A DNA stretch of 64,000 bases from Nitrososphaera sp. (GTDB lineage Archaea; Thermoproteota; Nitrososphaeria; Nitrososphaerales; Nitrososphaeraceae), in assembly GCA_036554645.1 (NCBI GenBank), contig DATBMW010000092.1, forward strand, positions 510 to 64,509, written 5' to 3'. Both the position numbers and the translations under genes were made by a program. Of the stretch, positions 48,158-57,965 are shown piece after piece (position 1 is the first letter of the stretch; the number at the start of each line of letters is the position of its first letter). Under the pieces are notes generated by a model. It ran no database searches. It had not been told where the DNA came from and saw nothing but the letters and a program-made list of their open reading frames with translations.

Positions 48158-48313
48158 AGGTTTGCGACTTTTGTTTTCTCGCGAGTTATTAAAGCATTAA
48201 TAGCTTTCCTTCTGTGAGGTTGGCCAGTTTTCAGCTGGAGCTAGCTCGGAGCTTAACAAAAGCTGCCCTGACAAAAGATATAACGGAAGGAGACCCCTTA
48301 CAATTTACCCAAA

Positions 48314-48853
48314 ATGACCGACGGCCCCCGCGCAGAGCCTAGGATAGAATCTGTCCAAAACATCTACCAGATAGGATACATGGCGGAAGAAGTGAGAGTG
48401 TCATACAGAAAGGACGTCCAGATGACTGTGGGAAATCTCGCAATAGACGCAAAGGAGGGCGACATGTCATCGCTTCCGCGCTGGGTTGCAAAGATCCTAT
48501 CAGAGCAAGGAGCTGTAGAAATCCAGAACAACGACATTGCAGGGTACGTCTCAAGGGCTATGAACAGGGAGCGCATAGCCAAGCCACACGATCTGTCCGG
48601 GATTGATCTAGATTTTTACGTGAGGGTTAACGACTATCTCGAAGGGCTCCGCGAAAGGGAAAGAGAGAATTTGGTTGTTTCCCTCAACACATTCGTTGCA
48701 TCGAGGCTCGAAAAGATAGTCAAACTAGCGGCAGCCACGCCGCTTTCGCCAGAACTTGAAGCCAGACTCTCTGCAGAGGAAAAGGAACTCTACTCGCTGA
48801 TTAACATCGCTTCGCTAAAGTTCAGAAAGGGAGTCCTGAAAAAGTTTGGCTGA
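48314..48853 (+). CDS. GINS complex subunit (Gins23-like)
   Basis: LPRWVA, DFY, RLEKI, LSAEE; overlaps the mcm start. Confidence 0.82.
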   Translation: MTDGPRAEPRIESVQNIYQIGYMAEEVRVSYRKDVQMTVGNLAIDAKEGDMSSLPRWVAKILSEQGAVEIQNNDIAGYVSRAMNRERIAKPHDLSGIDLDFYVRVNDYLEGLRERERENLVVSLNTFVASRLEKIVKLAAATPLSPELEARLSAEEKELYSLINIASLKFRKGVLKKFG

Positions 48854-50918
48854 GCAGCAGACAGCCGCTGCGCTGGCAGACCAGCTAATGGGTTTTCTGA
48901 AGGCGTTCAAGGACAGGGATGGAAATTACAAGTACTTTGAGCGGATAAACGACATGATGGCGGCCAACGCCGTATCGCTTGTGGTCGACTATATCGACTT
49001 GGATTCCTACAACCCGGAGCTGGCAAAGGAAATCACTCACAAGCCTGATGAATACCTCGAGGCTTTTGGTGAGGCAGTGCTCTCTGTCTTGCGGGAGATC
49101 CACTCAGATTATGAACAGGAAATTCGAGAAAAGATTCGAGTAAGGATAGGGAATTACACGGTTCAAAAGGGCCTTCGAGAAATAAACGCCGATCTCATAG
49201 ACAAGCTCGTGGGCGTTTCCGGCATGGTCGTGCGATCATCGGAAATAAAGCCGCTGGCAAAGAAAGTTGCCTATCATTGCACAAGCTGTGGCGAGCTTTT
49301 CGACGCCCGCCTGAAAGGGTTGCTACTTGTGAAACCCCTGAAATGCCCCAAATGCGGCGAAAGGGAATTCGAAATGGACCCAGAGCATAGCATCTTCATA
49401 GATTTTCAGATGGTGCGCCTTCAAGAGTTGCCCGAAGATCTTCCGGCGGGGCAGCTGCCGCACTACGTTGAGGTAACTGTGATGGGAGATCTCGTGGACC
49501 AATGCCGACCAGGGGACAGGATATTGCTTACAGGCATCATAAGGATCGAGCAGGAGCAGCTTGCCCCTCAGGCAAAGACCAGTTTGTTCCGGCTTCGAAT
49601 GGAAGGCAACAACATCGAATACCTGGGCGGTAGAGCCGGGAATAAGGACACAAGATCCGCAGAGAGGATTGCGATAAGCGCAGAAGATGAAAAGCAGATT
49701 CGGACCATTTCTACCAAGCCGGATGCCTACCAAAAGCTGGTCGCTTCCTTTGCCCCGCACATTTACGGGCACTGGGAGATAAAGGAATCAATACTTCTTT
49801 TGATAGTGGGATCGGTTACGAAAAAGCTGGATGACGGATCAACCAGGAGGGGCGACATTAATGTTCTGCTGGTAGGTGATCCTGGAACTGCAAAATCCGA
49901 AATGCTAAAGTTTGCAGCAAAAATTGCGCCGCGCGGTCTTTATACTTCTGGAAGAGGGTCTACGGCCGCCGGTCTTACTGCCGCGGTTATCCGGGACAAA
50001 TCCGGAATAATGATGTTGGAGGCGGGCGCTGTGGTTTTGGGCGATCAAGGCCTAGTTTGCATTGACGAGTTTGACAAGATAAAGCCAGAGGATCGCTCGG
50101 CTCTGCACGAAGTGATGGAGCAGCAGACGTGTTCGGTTGCAAAGGGTGGTATTGTGGCCACACTGAACGCCAGAACTTCTATCCTGTCTGCTGCAAACCC
50201 AATGTACGGCAAGTATGATCCGTACAAAAACATCACTGAAAACGTTAACCTTCCGGTTCCCCTGCTAACAAGATTCGACCTGATATTCATTGTACGAGAT
50301 CTTCCTGAAAAAGAAAAAGACAACTTGATTGCGAGCCATATCCTAGAGATTCACAAGGACTCTGAACACGCCGCCAAACCCGCCATAGAAATCGATCTCT
50401 ACAGCAAATATCTCTCCTACGCAAAGCAGCTTGAACCCCAGCTCACGCAGGAAGCTGTTGACCTGATCCGCAACTACTACATGGACATGAGAAAGGTAGA
50501 GTCAGAAGGCATGATAACCGTCACCCCGAGGCAGCTTGAGGGGCTGGTCAGGCTTGCTACAGCGCGGGCCAGACTCCTCCTGAAGGACAAGGTGGAGGCC
50601 GACGATGCCACTCGGGCTATCTACCTGGTCGAGCAGATGCTCAGAACCGCAGGAGTCGATGTCAATACCGGCAAGATGGATGTCGGAGTGCTATACGGCA
50701 AGCCCCAGAGCGAGACTTCAAAGTCAAAGACATTCATGGATGTTTTCAAGGGGCTTTCTGGAAGCGATAATAACGACGTGGAAGAAAAGGCATTGCTAGA
50801 CGAGCTTGTCAAGACGGGCAAATTTACCGACGAAGGTGACGCAAGAAAATACTTTGAAAAGGCTAAACGCGAAGGGCAGATTTACGAGCGAAAGTCAGGA
50901 TTCTGGGCAAAAGCCTAG
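48846..50918 (+). CDS. mcm: Replicative helicase MCM
   Basis: C4 Zn finger, GDPGTAKS, CIDEFDK, AANP, TRFD, TPRQLE; no intein. Confidence 0.97.
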   Translation: MAEQQTAAALADQLMGFLKAFKDRDGNYKYFERINDMMAANAVSLVVDYIDLDSYNPELAKEITHKPDEYLEAFGEAVLSVLREIHSDYEQEIREKIRVRIGNYTVQKGLREINADLIDKLVGVSGMVVRSSEIKPLAKKVAYHCTSCGELFDARLKGLLLVKPLKCPKCGEREFEMDPEHSIFIDFQMVRLQELPEDLPAGQLPHYVEVTVMGDLVDQCRPGDRILLTGIIRIEQEQLAPQAKTSLFRLRMEGNNIEYLGGRAGNKDTRSAERIAISAEDEKQIRTISTKPDAYQKLVASFAPHIYGHWEIKESILLLIVGSVTKKLDDGSTRRGDINVLLVGDPGTAKSEMLKFAAKIAPRGLYTSGRGSTAAGLTAAVIRDKSGIMMLEAGAVVLGDQGLVCIDEFDKIKPEDRSALHEVMEQQTCSVAKGGIVATLNARTSILSAANPMYGKYDPYKNITENVNLPVPLLTRFDLIFIVRDLPEKEKDNLIASHILEIHKDSEHAAKPAIEIDLYSKYLSYAKQLEPQLTQEAVDLIRNYYMDMRKVESEGMITVTPRQLEGLVRLATARARLLLKDKVEADDATRAIYLVEQMLRTAGVDVNTGKMDVGVLYGKPQSETSKSKTFMDVFKGLSGSDNNDVEEKALLDELVKTGKFTDEGDARKYFEKAKREGQIYERKSGFWAKA

Positions 50919-50993
50919 TTCATGATCGTTCAGATGTAAAGACGAATCACAACTCTAAAAACACGGTGATTCGGAACTACCGTACCGAGCGAC

Positions 50994-53153
50994 ATGGAAT
51001 CCGCAGCCGTGGCTGACAATGCAGTAAGAACTCTCTTAGAGAGCCTAGGCTATTCATCGCTTTATCCACCGCAGGAGATGGCTCTTGCTCGCGGGCTTCT
51101 TGACGGCAGGAACATGCTCGTTACTACTCCGACTGCAAGTGGCAAGACCCTGATTGCAATGATGGCCATTGTCAAGGCACTGGAAAAAGGGGCCAAGGCC
51201 GCCTACCTCACGCCTCTTCGAGCCCTGGCAAGCGAAAAGCGTGACGACCTCTTGGTGCTGGAGGAGCTCGAGATAAACGGCAGAAAACCAAGAGTCATGG
51301 CCGCAACGAGTGACTATGATTCGGCCGGCAAAGAACTTGCAAAGGCAGACGTCATAGTGCTGACAAATGAAAAGATGGACACCCTCTTCCGCCATAGTGC
51401 CGAATGGCTAGGTGATATAGGACTATTTGTTTCGGACGAAATCCACCTGATAGGGGAAAGGGAAAGAGGACCGACACTCGAAATGATGCTGACAAAGATC
51501 CGAAGGTACTACCCAAAGTCGCAGATAGTAGCACTCTCTGCAACCGTTGCTAACTCAGACGAGCTCGCGACCTGGCTTGGATGCGAGCCAGTGGAGAGCG
51601 ACTGGAGGCCGACAAAACTGCTGGAGGGCGTCTATGACTACGGAGTGATAAGATTCAGCGACAACACGAAACTCCGGCTTCAAGGCTCGGGCGTCCAGGG
51701 GGGCGCAGCTGTCGACATCGCTATTGATTCGCTGGCAAATGGAGGGCAGGCTTTGATATTCGCCGAGACCAGAAAGCGCGCGGTTTCACTTGCCGCAAAG
51801 GCTGCCGAAGGAGTGCACCGGTTACTTGACAAGGAGACAAAGGCACTCGCGGCAAGGGCCTCAATTGATGTCATGAGCAAAGGCGATGACACCGAGCTAA
51901 CAAAAACACTTGCGCAGCTAGTGAACAAAGGAGTTGCGTTTCACCATGCAGGGCTCGGGCCTTCGAGCAGAAAAATCGTCGAGGACTCGTTTCGAAGTGG
52001 AGTGATCAAGGTCCTGACGGCGACGCCAACACTGGCAGCAGGAGTCAACCTCCCGGCAAGGAGAGTAGTGATCGCAAGCATTTTGCGGTACGACTCTGAC
52101 TACGGCGGAAGCGTTCCGATAAGCGTCCTTGAATACAAGCAGTTCTGCGGCAGGGCAGGTCGGCCGAAATACGACAAGGCCGGCGAAGCCGTAATTGCCG
52201 TCAGTGAATCCAGCGTAAGCGGTGACGAACTCTACGACCATTACGTCATGGGAAGTCCCGAGCCCATCAGGTCCCAGCTTTCAAGCGACAGGGCGGTTCG
52301 GTTCCACCTGCTGGCTGCCATAGCTACCATGCCGGGAATGAAAAAGCAGGAAATTCACGAGTTATTCGAAGCCACGCTTTTTGCACATCAGTACAGGAGC
52401 GCCACCGTCGCCTTCAAGGTAGACTCGGCGCTTGAATATCTGGAGCAAGAAGAGCTTGTAAAATCCAGGAACGACAGGTACATCGCCACGGAATTTGGCA
52501 AGCGAACTTCACTCCTTTACATAGATCCGCTCACCGCAGTAGAATTTAGAAATGCGCTTCAGCGCGTGGATTCAAAAAACGCAGGCCAGACACATACCCT
52601 GGGTTTCTTGCACCTCATAACGCAAAGCGCGGACTTTTACCCCCGCCTGTCGCTGCGCAAAAAGGATTTCGAGGAGGTAAGCCTGTTAATTCAAAAGCGG
52701 GGCGAAGAATCGCTCTATTCACTGACCGAGTACGACTGCTCTAGAAGCTTCTGGGCGCTGGCAGAATGGCTCGAGGAAACCGGCGACAAAGTACTGAGCG
52801 ACAGGATGGGAGTAGAGCCGGGAGACATGCACAGGATAGTAGAGATCAGCGATTGGCTCGCCTACTCGCTTTACGAAGTCGCCAAGCTCGTCAGGCGCGA
52901 AGACTTGTTAGCAGAACTTTATAACCTCCGCACCAGGATACGGTACGGCGTGAAGGAAGAGCTGCTGCCGCTGGTGGCCCTTGACTGGATAGGCAGGGTA
53001 AGGGCCAGATCCCTTTATGCCGCAGGATTTGACACCGTTGCGTCCGTAGCAAAGGCGCCTAAAGCGGCGCTTGCTGCCGTATCAAAGATAGGTCCGGTAG
53101 TAGCAGAAAAATTAAAAGATCAGCTGGGAAACAAGAGGCCGGAGCCGCAATAA
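50994..53153 (+). CDS. hel308: Ski2-like DNA helicase Hel308/Hjm
   Basis: PTASGKT, DEIH, LSAT, AFHHAG, AGVNLPA, GRAGRP, RVRAR. Confidence 0.93.
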   Translation: MESAAVADNAVRTLLESLGYSSLYPPQEMALARGLLDGRNMLVTTPTASGKTLIAMMAIVKALEKGAKAAYLTPLRALASEKRDDLLVLEELEINGRKPRVMAATSDYDSAGKELAKADVIVLTNEKMDTLFRHSAEWLGDIGLFVSDEIHLIGERERGPTLEMMLTKIRRYYPKSQIVALSATVANSDELATWLGCEPVESDWRPTKLLEGVYDYGVIRFSDNTKLRLQGSGVQGGAAVDIAIDSLANGGQALIFAETRKRAVSLAAKAAEGVHRLLDKETKALAARASIDVMSKGDDTELTKTLAQLVNKGVAFHHAGLGPSSRKIVEDSFRSGVIKVLTATPTLAAGVNLPARRVVIASILRYDSDYGGSVPISVLEYKQFCGRAGRPKYDKAGEAVIAVSESSVSGDELYDHYVMGSPEPIRSQLSSDRAVRFHLLAAIATMPGMKKQEIHELFEATLFAHQYRSATVAFKVDSALEYLEQEELVKSRNDRYIATEFGKRTSLLYIDPLTAVEFRNALQRVDSKNAGQTHTLGFLHLITQSADFYPRLSLRKKDFEEVSLLIQKRGEESLYSLTEYDCSRSFWALAEWLEETGDKVLSDRMGVEPGDMHRIVEISDWLAYSLYEVAKLVRREDLLAELYNLRTRIRYGVKEELLPLVALDWIGRVRARSLYAAGFDTVASVAKAPKAALAAVSKIGPVVAEKLKDQLGNKRPEPQ

Positions 53154-53156
53154 CAG

Positions 53157-54164
53157 ATGGTGGATGGGACACTCTTTGTAATTTACGGGGTTACAGTGTC
53201 TGCTGTTTCCTTCCTGTCGGTTTTCTTTCTCACCCCACGGGCCATCAAGTCGCTAACTGCCAAGGGCAAGGTAGTCCCTGACGCGCACAAGCCAAACAAG
53301 CCAAATGTGCCCAGGCCCGCTGGCCCGGTGATAATGGTTGGTATAGCGATAGCGGAAATCATACTGTACATCGCGACGATGAACCCCGCGGTGCTGGCAG
53401 TGCTCATCACTACCGCCATCGCCTTTGTGGTGGGTTATGTGGATGACAACATGGTTCTGCCTGGCTGGTTCAAGCCTGTGGCACTCTTGGCTGCTGCCAT
53501 ACCACTCATAGTTCTGGGGGCTTATGGGAACAATCTCAACCTGGTCTTTGGCAGCGCATTTATTCCGCTGCTATACGTGCCACTGATCTTTATCATCATC
53601 CCGGTAACCGGGAACACCATTAACTCCATCGATGTCCTGAACGGAGTCGCCAGCGGCTTTATCATAATATCAACGATCCCGCTTTTGGCGAGCATCGCTC
53701 TTTTCGGAGAAAGCGAAGTCTTTCTTGCAGGCCTTCCGCTCTTGTTCGCAGCACTGGCGTTTTACAAATATCACAAATTCCCTAGCAAGATTTTCCCCGG
53801 GGATTCAGGAACCCTCCTGCTTGGCGCGATGTACGGGGCGCTTGCCATAGCTGGCCGGTCGGAAATAATCGGGGTAATAGCACTCTTGCCGGCTGTAATG
53901 AATTCATTTCTCTTCCTCGCCAGTGTAAAGAGAATAGTCGAGCACCGCCAAGTAAAAGCGAGGCCAGTGGTCCTCTTGGACGATTACAGGCTGGCTGCGT
54001 CGCCTGACAGGCTGGCTCCTGCGACCTTGGTGCGGCTCATGCTTGCCGAGGGTCCCCTTGGCGAAAAAGAGATCGGAAACAAGATCTTGAAGCTGGCGAT
54101 ATTTACGGCGGTTCTTGCTTTTGCTTCTATAGGCATTCAGTACGCAATTCTGATGCAGTCGTGA
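53157..54164 (+). CDS. MraY/GPT-family GlcNAc-1-phosphate transferase (AglH-like)
   Basis: GYVDD, NSIDVLNG, IFPGDSG; multi-TM. Confidence 0.88.
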   Translation: MVDGTLFVIYGVTVSAVSFLSVFFLTPRAIKSLTAKGKVVPDAHKPNKPNVPRPAGPVIMVGIAIAEIILYIATMNPAVLAVLITTAIAFVVGYVDDNMVLPGWFKPVALLAAAIPLIVLGAYGNNLNLVFGSAFIPLLYVPLIFIIIPVTGNTINSIDVLNGVASGFIIISTIPLLASIALFGESEVFLAGLPLLFAALAFYKYHKFPSKIFPGDSGTLLLGAMYGALAIAGRSEIIGVIALLPAVMNSFLFLASVKRIVEHRQVKARPVVLLDDYRLAASPDRLAPATLVRLMLAEGPLGEKEIGNKILKLAIFTAVLAFASIGIQYAILMQS

Positions 54165-54412
54165 TGGGTGGAAAAATGGGAATCGCTGGACTTGCTCTCT
54201 TTGTCACGGGAATGTGGCTAATGATACTTGCAGTGGCTGCGTTTCTTGTCGGCTTTGTCGCCCCAATCGACATTTACCTCTTTGGAAGGCAGGGCGACGC
54301 GACATTGGTTTCGATGGTTCAGGCGGCCATCGCTTTCGGAGTCGTTGCCGGCCTTGTTTTTGGTCTGAGCCGGATGAAGAGGATCTACTTGCAGAAAAAG
54401 CTAAAACAATGA
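54161..54412 (+). CDS. Small two-TM membrane protein
   Basis: Two hydrophobic helices and a basic tail; overlaps the upstream stop. Confidence 0.7.
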   Translation: MMGGKMGIAGLALFVTGMWLMILAVAAFLVGFVAPIDIYLFGRQGDATLVSMVQAAIAFGVVAGLVFGLSRMKRIYLQKKLKQ

Positions 54413-54458
54413 TCCCTCAGCCCGGGGCGGTTCTGTGCCAGGCCTTAATGCTGAGCTA

Positions 54459-54496
54459 TAAAATTCTTGAATTCTATGTTATTTGCATTAGATTTG
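54459..54496 (+). promoter_or_regulatory. Motif shared with the first PII promoter
   Basis: AATTCTATGTTATTT (54470-54484) matches 14/15 with minus-strand 20273-20287. Confidence 0.45.
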
Positions 54497-54572
54497 ATAA
54501 CAATGGTAATATTAAATGTCCATAGAGTTATTGTTTGAAAACCTTATATTGCAACTTTATTTACAACGTGGC

Positions 54573-54920
54573 ATGAAGCGTATAGAGGCCATTGTTGCGG
54601 CAGAGAAGACTAGCGCTGTTAACGAGGCAATGAAGAAAGCTGGAGTAGGCGGCACGACCGTCCTTGATGCGAAAGGCAGGGGCAAAGGAGAAAAGCCGCA
54701 GATAGCATCAGGCAGAGGAACAGGGAGATACGCCGCAGAATTCTCTGTTAGGGCCAACGTCATGACTGTCGTGGAAGACTCGGACGTCGAAAAAGTGGTA
54801 AAGGCAATCTTGGACACTGCCAGCACCGGATCGACTGGTGACGGCAAGATATTCATCTCTACCGTCTCTGAAGCGATAGACATTGGGACAAAAAAACGGG
54901 GACAGGTAGCCATCGATTAG
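54573..54920 (+). CDS. glnB: Nitrogen regulatory protein PII (second copy)
   Basis: MKRIEAIV, KGRG, SGRGTGRY, GDGKIFIS; ATG 54573. Confidence 0.93.
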   Translation: MKRIEAIVAAEKTSAVNEAMKKAGVGGTTVLDAKGRGKGEKPQIASGRGTGRYAAEFSVRANVMTVVEDSDVEKVVKAILDTASTGSTGDGKIFISTVSEAIDIGTKKRGQVAID

Positions 54921-54921
54921 G

Positions 54922-56367
54922 TCATTTTTTGCCAAAGAATTTTTTGGTTTCTCCCATCGTCTTTACTTCGGCCGCCGCGACCTTGATCACCATCGGCAGG
55001 TCGGAGACGGCCTTGCCAATAGCCAAGCAATGACGTTGCGGCAGCGTCCTTACTATGGACCGGATGGTGTCGTTGTCAGCCAACGATACTCTTGAAATCT
55101 TGTCCAAGTCGCCATCATTTGTAAAGTTGAAAAGAAAAATGTTGTCTACCTGCCTGTAAATTCCGTCGCTAATTGCGTCGGGCTGATTGGTGATAAACGT
55201 CGTATAGATTCCAAAGTGCCTCATGCGGGTAATAATGTCCTCCCAGTACGTTTCACGCACATAAAGATGGGCCTCCTCTGCAAAAAGGAAAACCGGAGGA
55301 ATGCTTCCGCGCTCTAGCAGGTCAACGAGCTTGCTTAGCACCAGCTCCACAATCATCCTCCTCACAGTTGGAGAAGTGTTCCCCATGTTTATCACCAGAC
55401 CTGACCCCGAGCCGACTTTGGGAGTGGCCTTTTCCAGTTCAAAGCCTCCACCGCCGTCTGTAAAGATTCCGGATGACTGTATCACGTGATACCTGGACAA
55501 GAGCGCGTCGCGGACTAGCTCATTGATGCTCCAGGTGTTGACGGCGTTTCCAATCGCATTCATGCCAAGCGAGTTCTTGTTGACAAGCCAGTCCCATATG
55601 CGAAAGAACTCTCTGAGCGATGCGGCAGGCATGTCCAGCGCGTTTCTAAGCATCGCCGAGATCGCAGCTTTGCCGCAGTAGTCCAACCCGAATCTTAACG
55701 TCTTTCCCGGCTCTAGGACCTTTACCTGGCCGTTAATGAGCGATGGAGATCCATCACGATTCCACCCGAGACCGCTATACTCGTTGTTTAGGTCAAACAC
55801 GACCACAAAGGCACCATGCTGCACGAGTGTCTTGACAAGCACCTTGGAGAGGTGCGATTTTCCTGATTCTTTCTTGCCGGTAATTATCGTGAGCTTGCCA
55901 TCCAGGTCCTCGGCGTAGATTTCAAATTCCTCGCCATTGCTTGTCTTTCCAAGAGGTACAGGAAAAACGCCCTGCCTGCATAGGATGGAATCAAGCTCCT
56001 TCATTGTTAGCCTTCTGACCTTGGACCCGACTCTGGAAGGAAGCCAGGTGACGTCGCTTGATAATTTCCCTTCGCTGCTGATCGCAGCTCTTATCTTGGA
56101 ACGAAAAATCCTGGCATCTCTGACCATAAGCGAGAGGCTGGCTATGTTCAGCGGATCATGCAGGCTGCCAGTGCTTGATGCGCTCACTACTTCTTCCCTG
56201 ACAATCTCTTCAACCAGTGCTTGCGATGAAAGGTATTCTTCGTCATACACCTGGACTATCATGCTGCGGTTTTTTTCCTCAATTAGCAAATAGTCGCCCT
56301 TGATGGCAGAGTCTTCCTTCATCGCCAGGAGCAACAGCTCATTGCCGCTCTTTGAAAGGATTTTCAT
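54922..56367 (-). CDS. herA: HerA/FtsK-family ATPase with HAS barrel
   Basis: N-terminal GDYLLIE HAS-like barrel; GKKESGKS; VFDLNNEY; FAEEAH; RMRHFG. Confidence 0.85.
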   Translation of the reverse strand: MKILSKSGNELLLLAMKEDSAIKGDYLLIEEKNRSMIVQVYDEEYLSSQALVEEIVREEVVSASSTGSLHDPLNIASLSLMVRDARIFRSKIRAAISSEGKLSSDVTWLPSRVGSKVRRLTMKELDSILCRQGVFPVPLGKTSNGEEFEIYAEDLDGKLTIITGKKESGKSHLSKVLVKTLVQHGAFVVVFDLNNEYSGLGWNRDGSPSLINGQVKVLEPGKTLRFGLDYCGKAAISAMLRNALDMPAASLREFFRIWDWLVNKNSLGMNAIGNAVNTWSINELVRDALLSRYHVIQSSGIFTDGGGGFELEKATPKVGSGSGLVINMGNTSPTVRRMIVELVLSKLVDLLERGSIPPVFLFAEEAHLYVRETYWEDIITRMRHFGIYTTFITNQPDAISDGIYRQVDNIFLFNFTNDGDLDKISRVSLADNDTIRSIVRTLPQRHCLAIGKAVSDLPMVIKVAAAEVKTMGETKKFFGKK

Positions 56368-57377
56368 ATCGAGATCGACCCAAGAAGAGTCCGTCGAATG
56401 TCCTCAGCGGCTAACTCTGAAACTTCATAATTATTCAGTACGTGACTCCGCAGGCAGGTGATCTCTGTACTCGTAAATGTCGAGATGTAGTGCGCGAGCC
56501 TGAGCGTCTCAGGATAGCCTCCCGCCACGATGTCGTTACCGATCAATTTCCCAAGTGCCTCCTCGATATCGTCAGAGAGAACGTCCGCGCGCAGAACGGG
56601 ACCGCTACTATCGAGCCTGACCATCAGGGAGGTTCCCATTGTGTTTCTGATCAGGCTCTTCACGATTGCATCGACGTCAAGACAGGCAGGCCCGGGTACC
56701 ATGAGCAAGGGAGCGGCTGCTCTTTCAACTGGCTTGAGCCTAGTTCCCTTGCTAATTCCGATCAAGATATTTCTTCGCAGCACACAGCTTTCCGATATCT
56801 TGCTGATGCTTCGGTCCCTGTCTTCAAACGCAGACATCCTGAGCGAACCGTCAACAAGAATGATCGAGTTTGCAAAATGATTCGATAGTTCTGTTTGTAT
56901 GGCTCTTTCGGCCCTGATTCGAATGAGACGTTTCGCAAGATCGTCGTCGCACAGCACTGCCCGTGCAAGCCGGACTTCAAGCTCTGAATTGCGTGTAGTA
57001 TTTTCACTAAGGTAAAACAGGATGGGCCCTATCCTGAAATGCATCAAGGCACGACGGTCCAGAGCCATTGCAACTCCGCACTTGACCGCATAGAGCCCTC
57101 CTTCTTCGGTCTCTCCGAGTTTGACGCTGCTAGAGTCCACCGCGGCCACAATCATTTTCTCCTGAGCGGAACGGATCGTATGCACAGTGGAATGGTGCGG
57201 ACCGGCTCTGATGCCCCAGCCTTCGATAGGGACCATTCGCCTGTCCTCATGACTGAAAACGATCTTTCTTCCGCGCAGCTGTTCAAGCTCTGGAACGAGG
57301 CACTTGCTAATCGAATCGAGAATGCCCATTTCTCCAATGCCAAGGCTCGAAAATTGAGGGTTTAGTTGCATGTGCAT
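56364..57377 (-). CDS. nurA: NurA-family nuclease
   Basis: AAVDSS, ILVDGSL, IGISK, GYPETLRLAH; ATGA overlap with herA; start uncertain. Confidence 0.85.
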   Translation of the reverse strand: MHMQLNPQFSSLGIGEMGILDSISKCLVPELEQLRGRKIVFSHEDRRMVPIEGWGIRAGPHHSTVHTIRSAQEKMIVAAVDSSSVKLGETEEGGLYAVKCGVAMALDRRALMHFRIGPILFYLSENTTRNSELEVRLARAVLCDDDLAKRLIRIRAERAIQTELSNHFANSIILVDGSLRMSAFEDRDRSISKISESCVLRRNILIGISKGTRLKPVERAAAPLLMVPGPACLDVDAIVKSLIRNTMGTSLMVRLDSSGPVLRADVLSDDIEEALGKLIGNDIVAGGYPETLRLAHYISTFTSTEITCLRSHVLNNYEVSELAAEDIRRTLLGSISI

Positions 57378-57440
57378 GTTGCTCAACAATATCTGCGGGC
57401 ACAATTATATTAATATTGTGCAACATGGTCAATATGGTCA
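57375..57440. promoter_or_regulatory. Divergent promoter with nested inverted and direct repeats
   Basis: GCACAAT-N9-ATTGTGC (57399-57421); CATGTTGC/GCAACATG (57375-82/57420-27); ATGGTCA twice (57425, 57434). Confidence 0.5.
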
Positions 57441-57485
57441 GCAACAAGTATATCAATAGCATGAATGAGGCATATTTAAGCACTA

Positions 57486-57965
57486 ATGACCGAGAGACCT
57501 CCGGAAGAAGTCAAGATAAAGCTAAAGCATGGAGACTGGGAGGTCGAGATAACATGCACGGAAAGCAAGATAAAACAGGTGGTTGAAAACGTACTGACAA
57601 GTCTGGACATGAGCAAACTTGTGAGCCCCATTATCCAGGCAGAGCTGGAGAGCCTGAAACGGGAAATAGATGCATTGAAGTCAACAGCGACAGGATCACA
57701 AATCTCCAAAGATAGCGATGTTCAAAGGACTGTAAAGGGAGGCATGACCTGCCGCGGCTTGCTCAATGCTTTATGGCAGGAAGATTACTTTGCAAATGAG
57801 CGGGCGCTTGGAGAGGTACATGAAGAACTCGGGCGACGGGGATACAACTACGACAGGACTGCTGTCTCCCACTCGCTGGCTGACATGGTGCGTGAGAACA
57901 TCCTGACGAGAACAGGGACCATGAGAAATTTCAGGTATATACAGAAGCGACCGCTCGGGGGTTAG
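57486..57965 (+). CDS. Hypothetical protein: beta-hairpin/helix N-domain, coiled coil, C-terminal winged helix
   Basis: VKIKLKHGDWEVEIT; ERALGEVHEELGRRGYNYDRTAVSHSLADMV...LTRTG. Confidence 0.8.
   Translation: MTERPPEEVKIKLKHGDWEVEITCTESKIKQVVENVLTSLDMSKLVSPIIQAELESLKREIDALKSTATGSQISKDSDVQRTVKGGMTCRGLLNALWQEDYFANERALGEVHEELGRRGYNYDRTAVSHSLADMVRENILTRTGTMRNFRYIQKRPLGG

Noticed and set aside
48158-48313. Possible replication origin between rfcS and gins-mcm
   Set aside because: No repeated ORB-like boxes, no long AT-rich unwinding element and no cdc6/orc1 nearby
47171-53153. Inteins in RFC, MCM or Hel308
   Set aside because: Normal lengths and contiguous motifs
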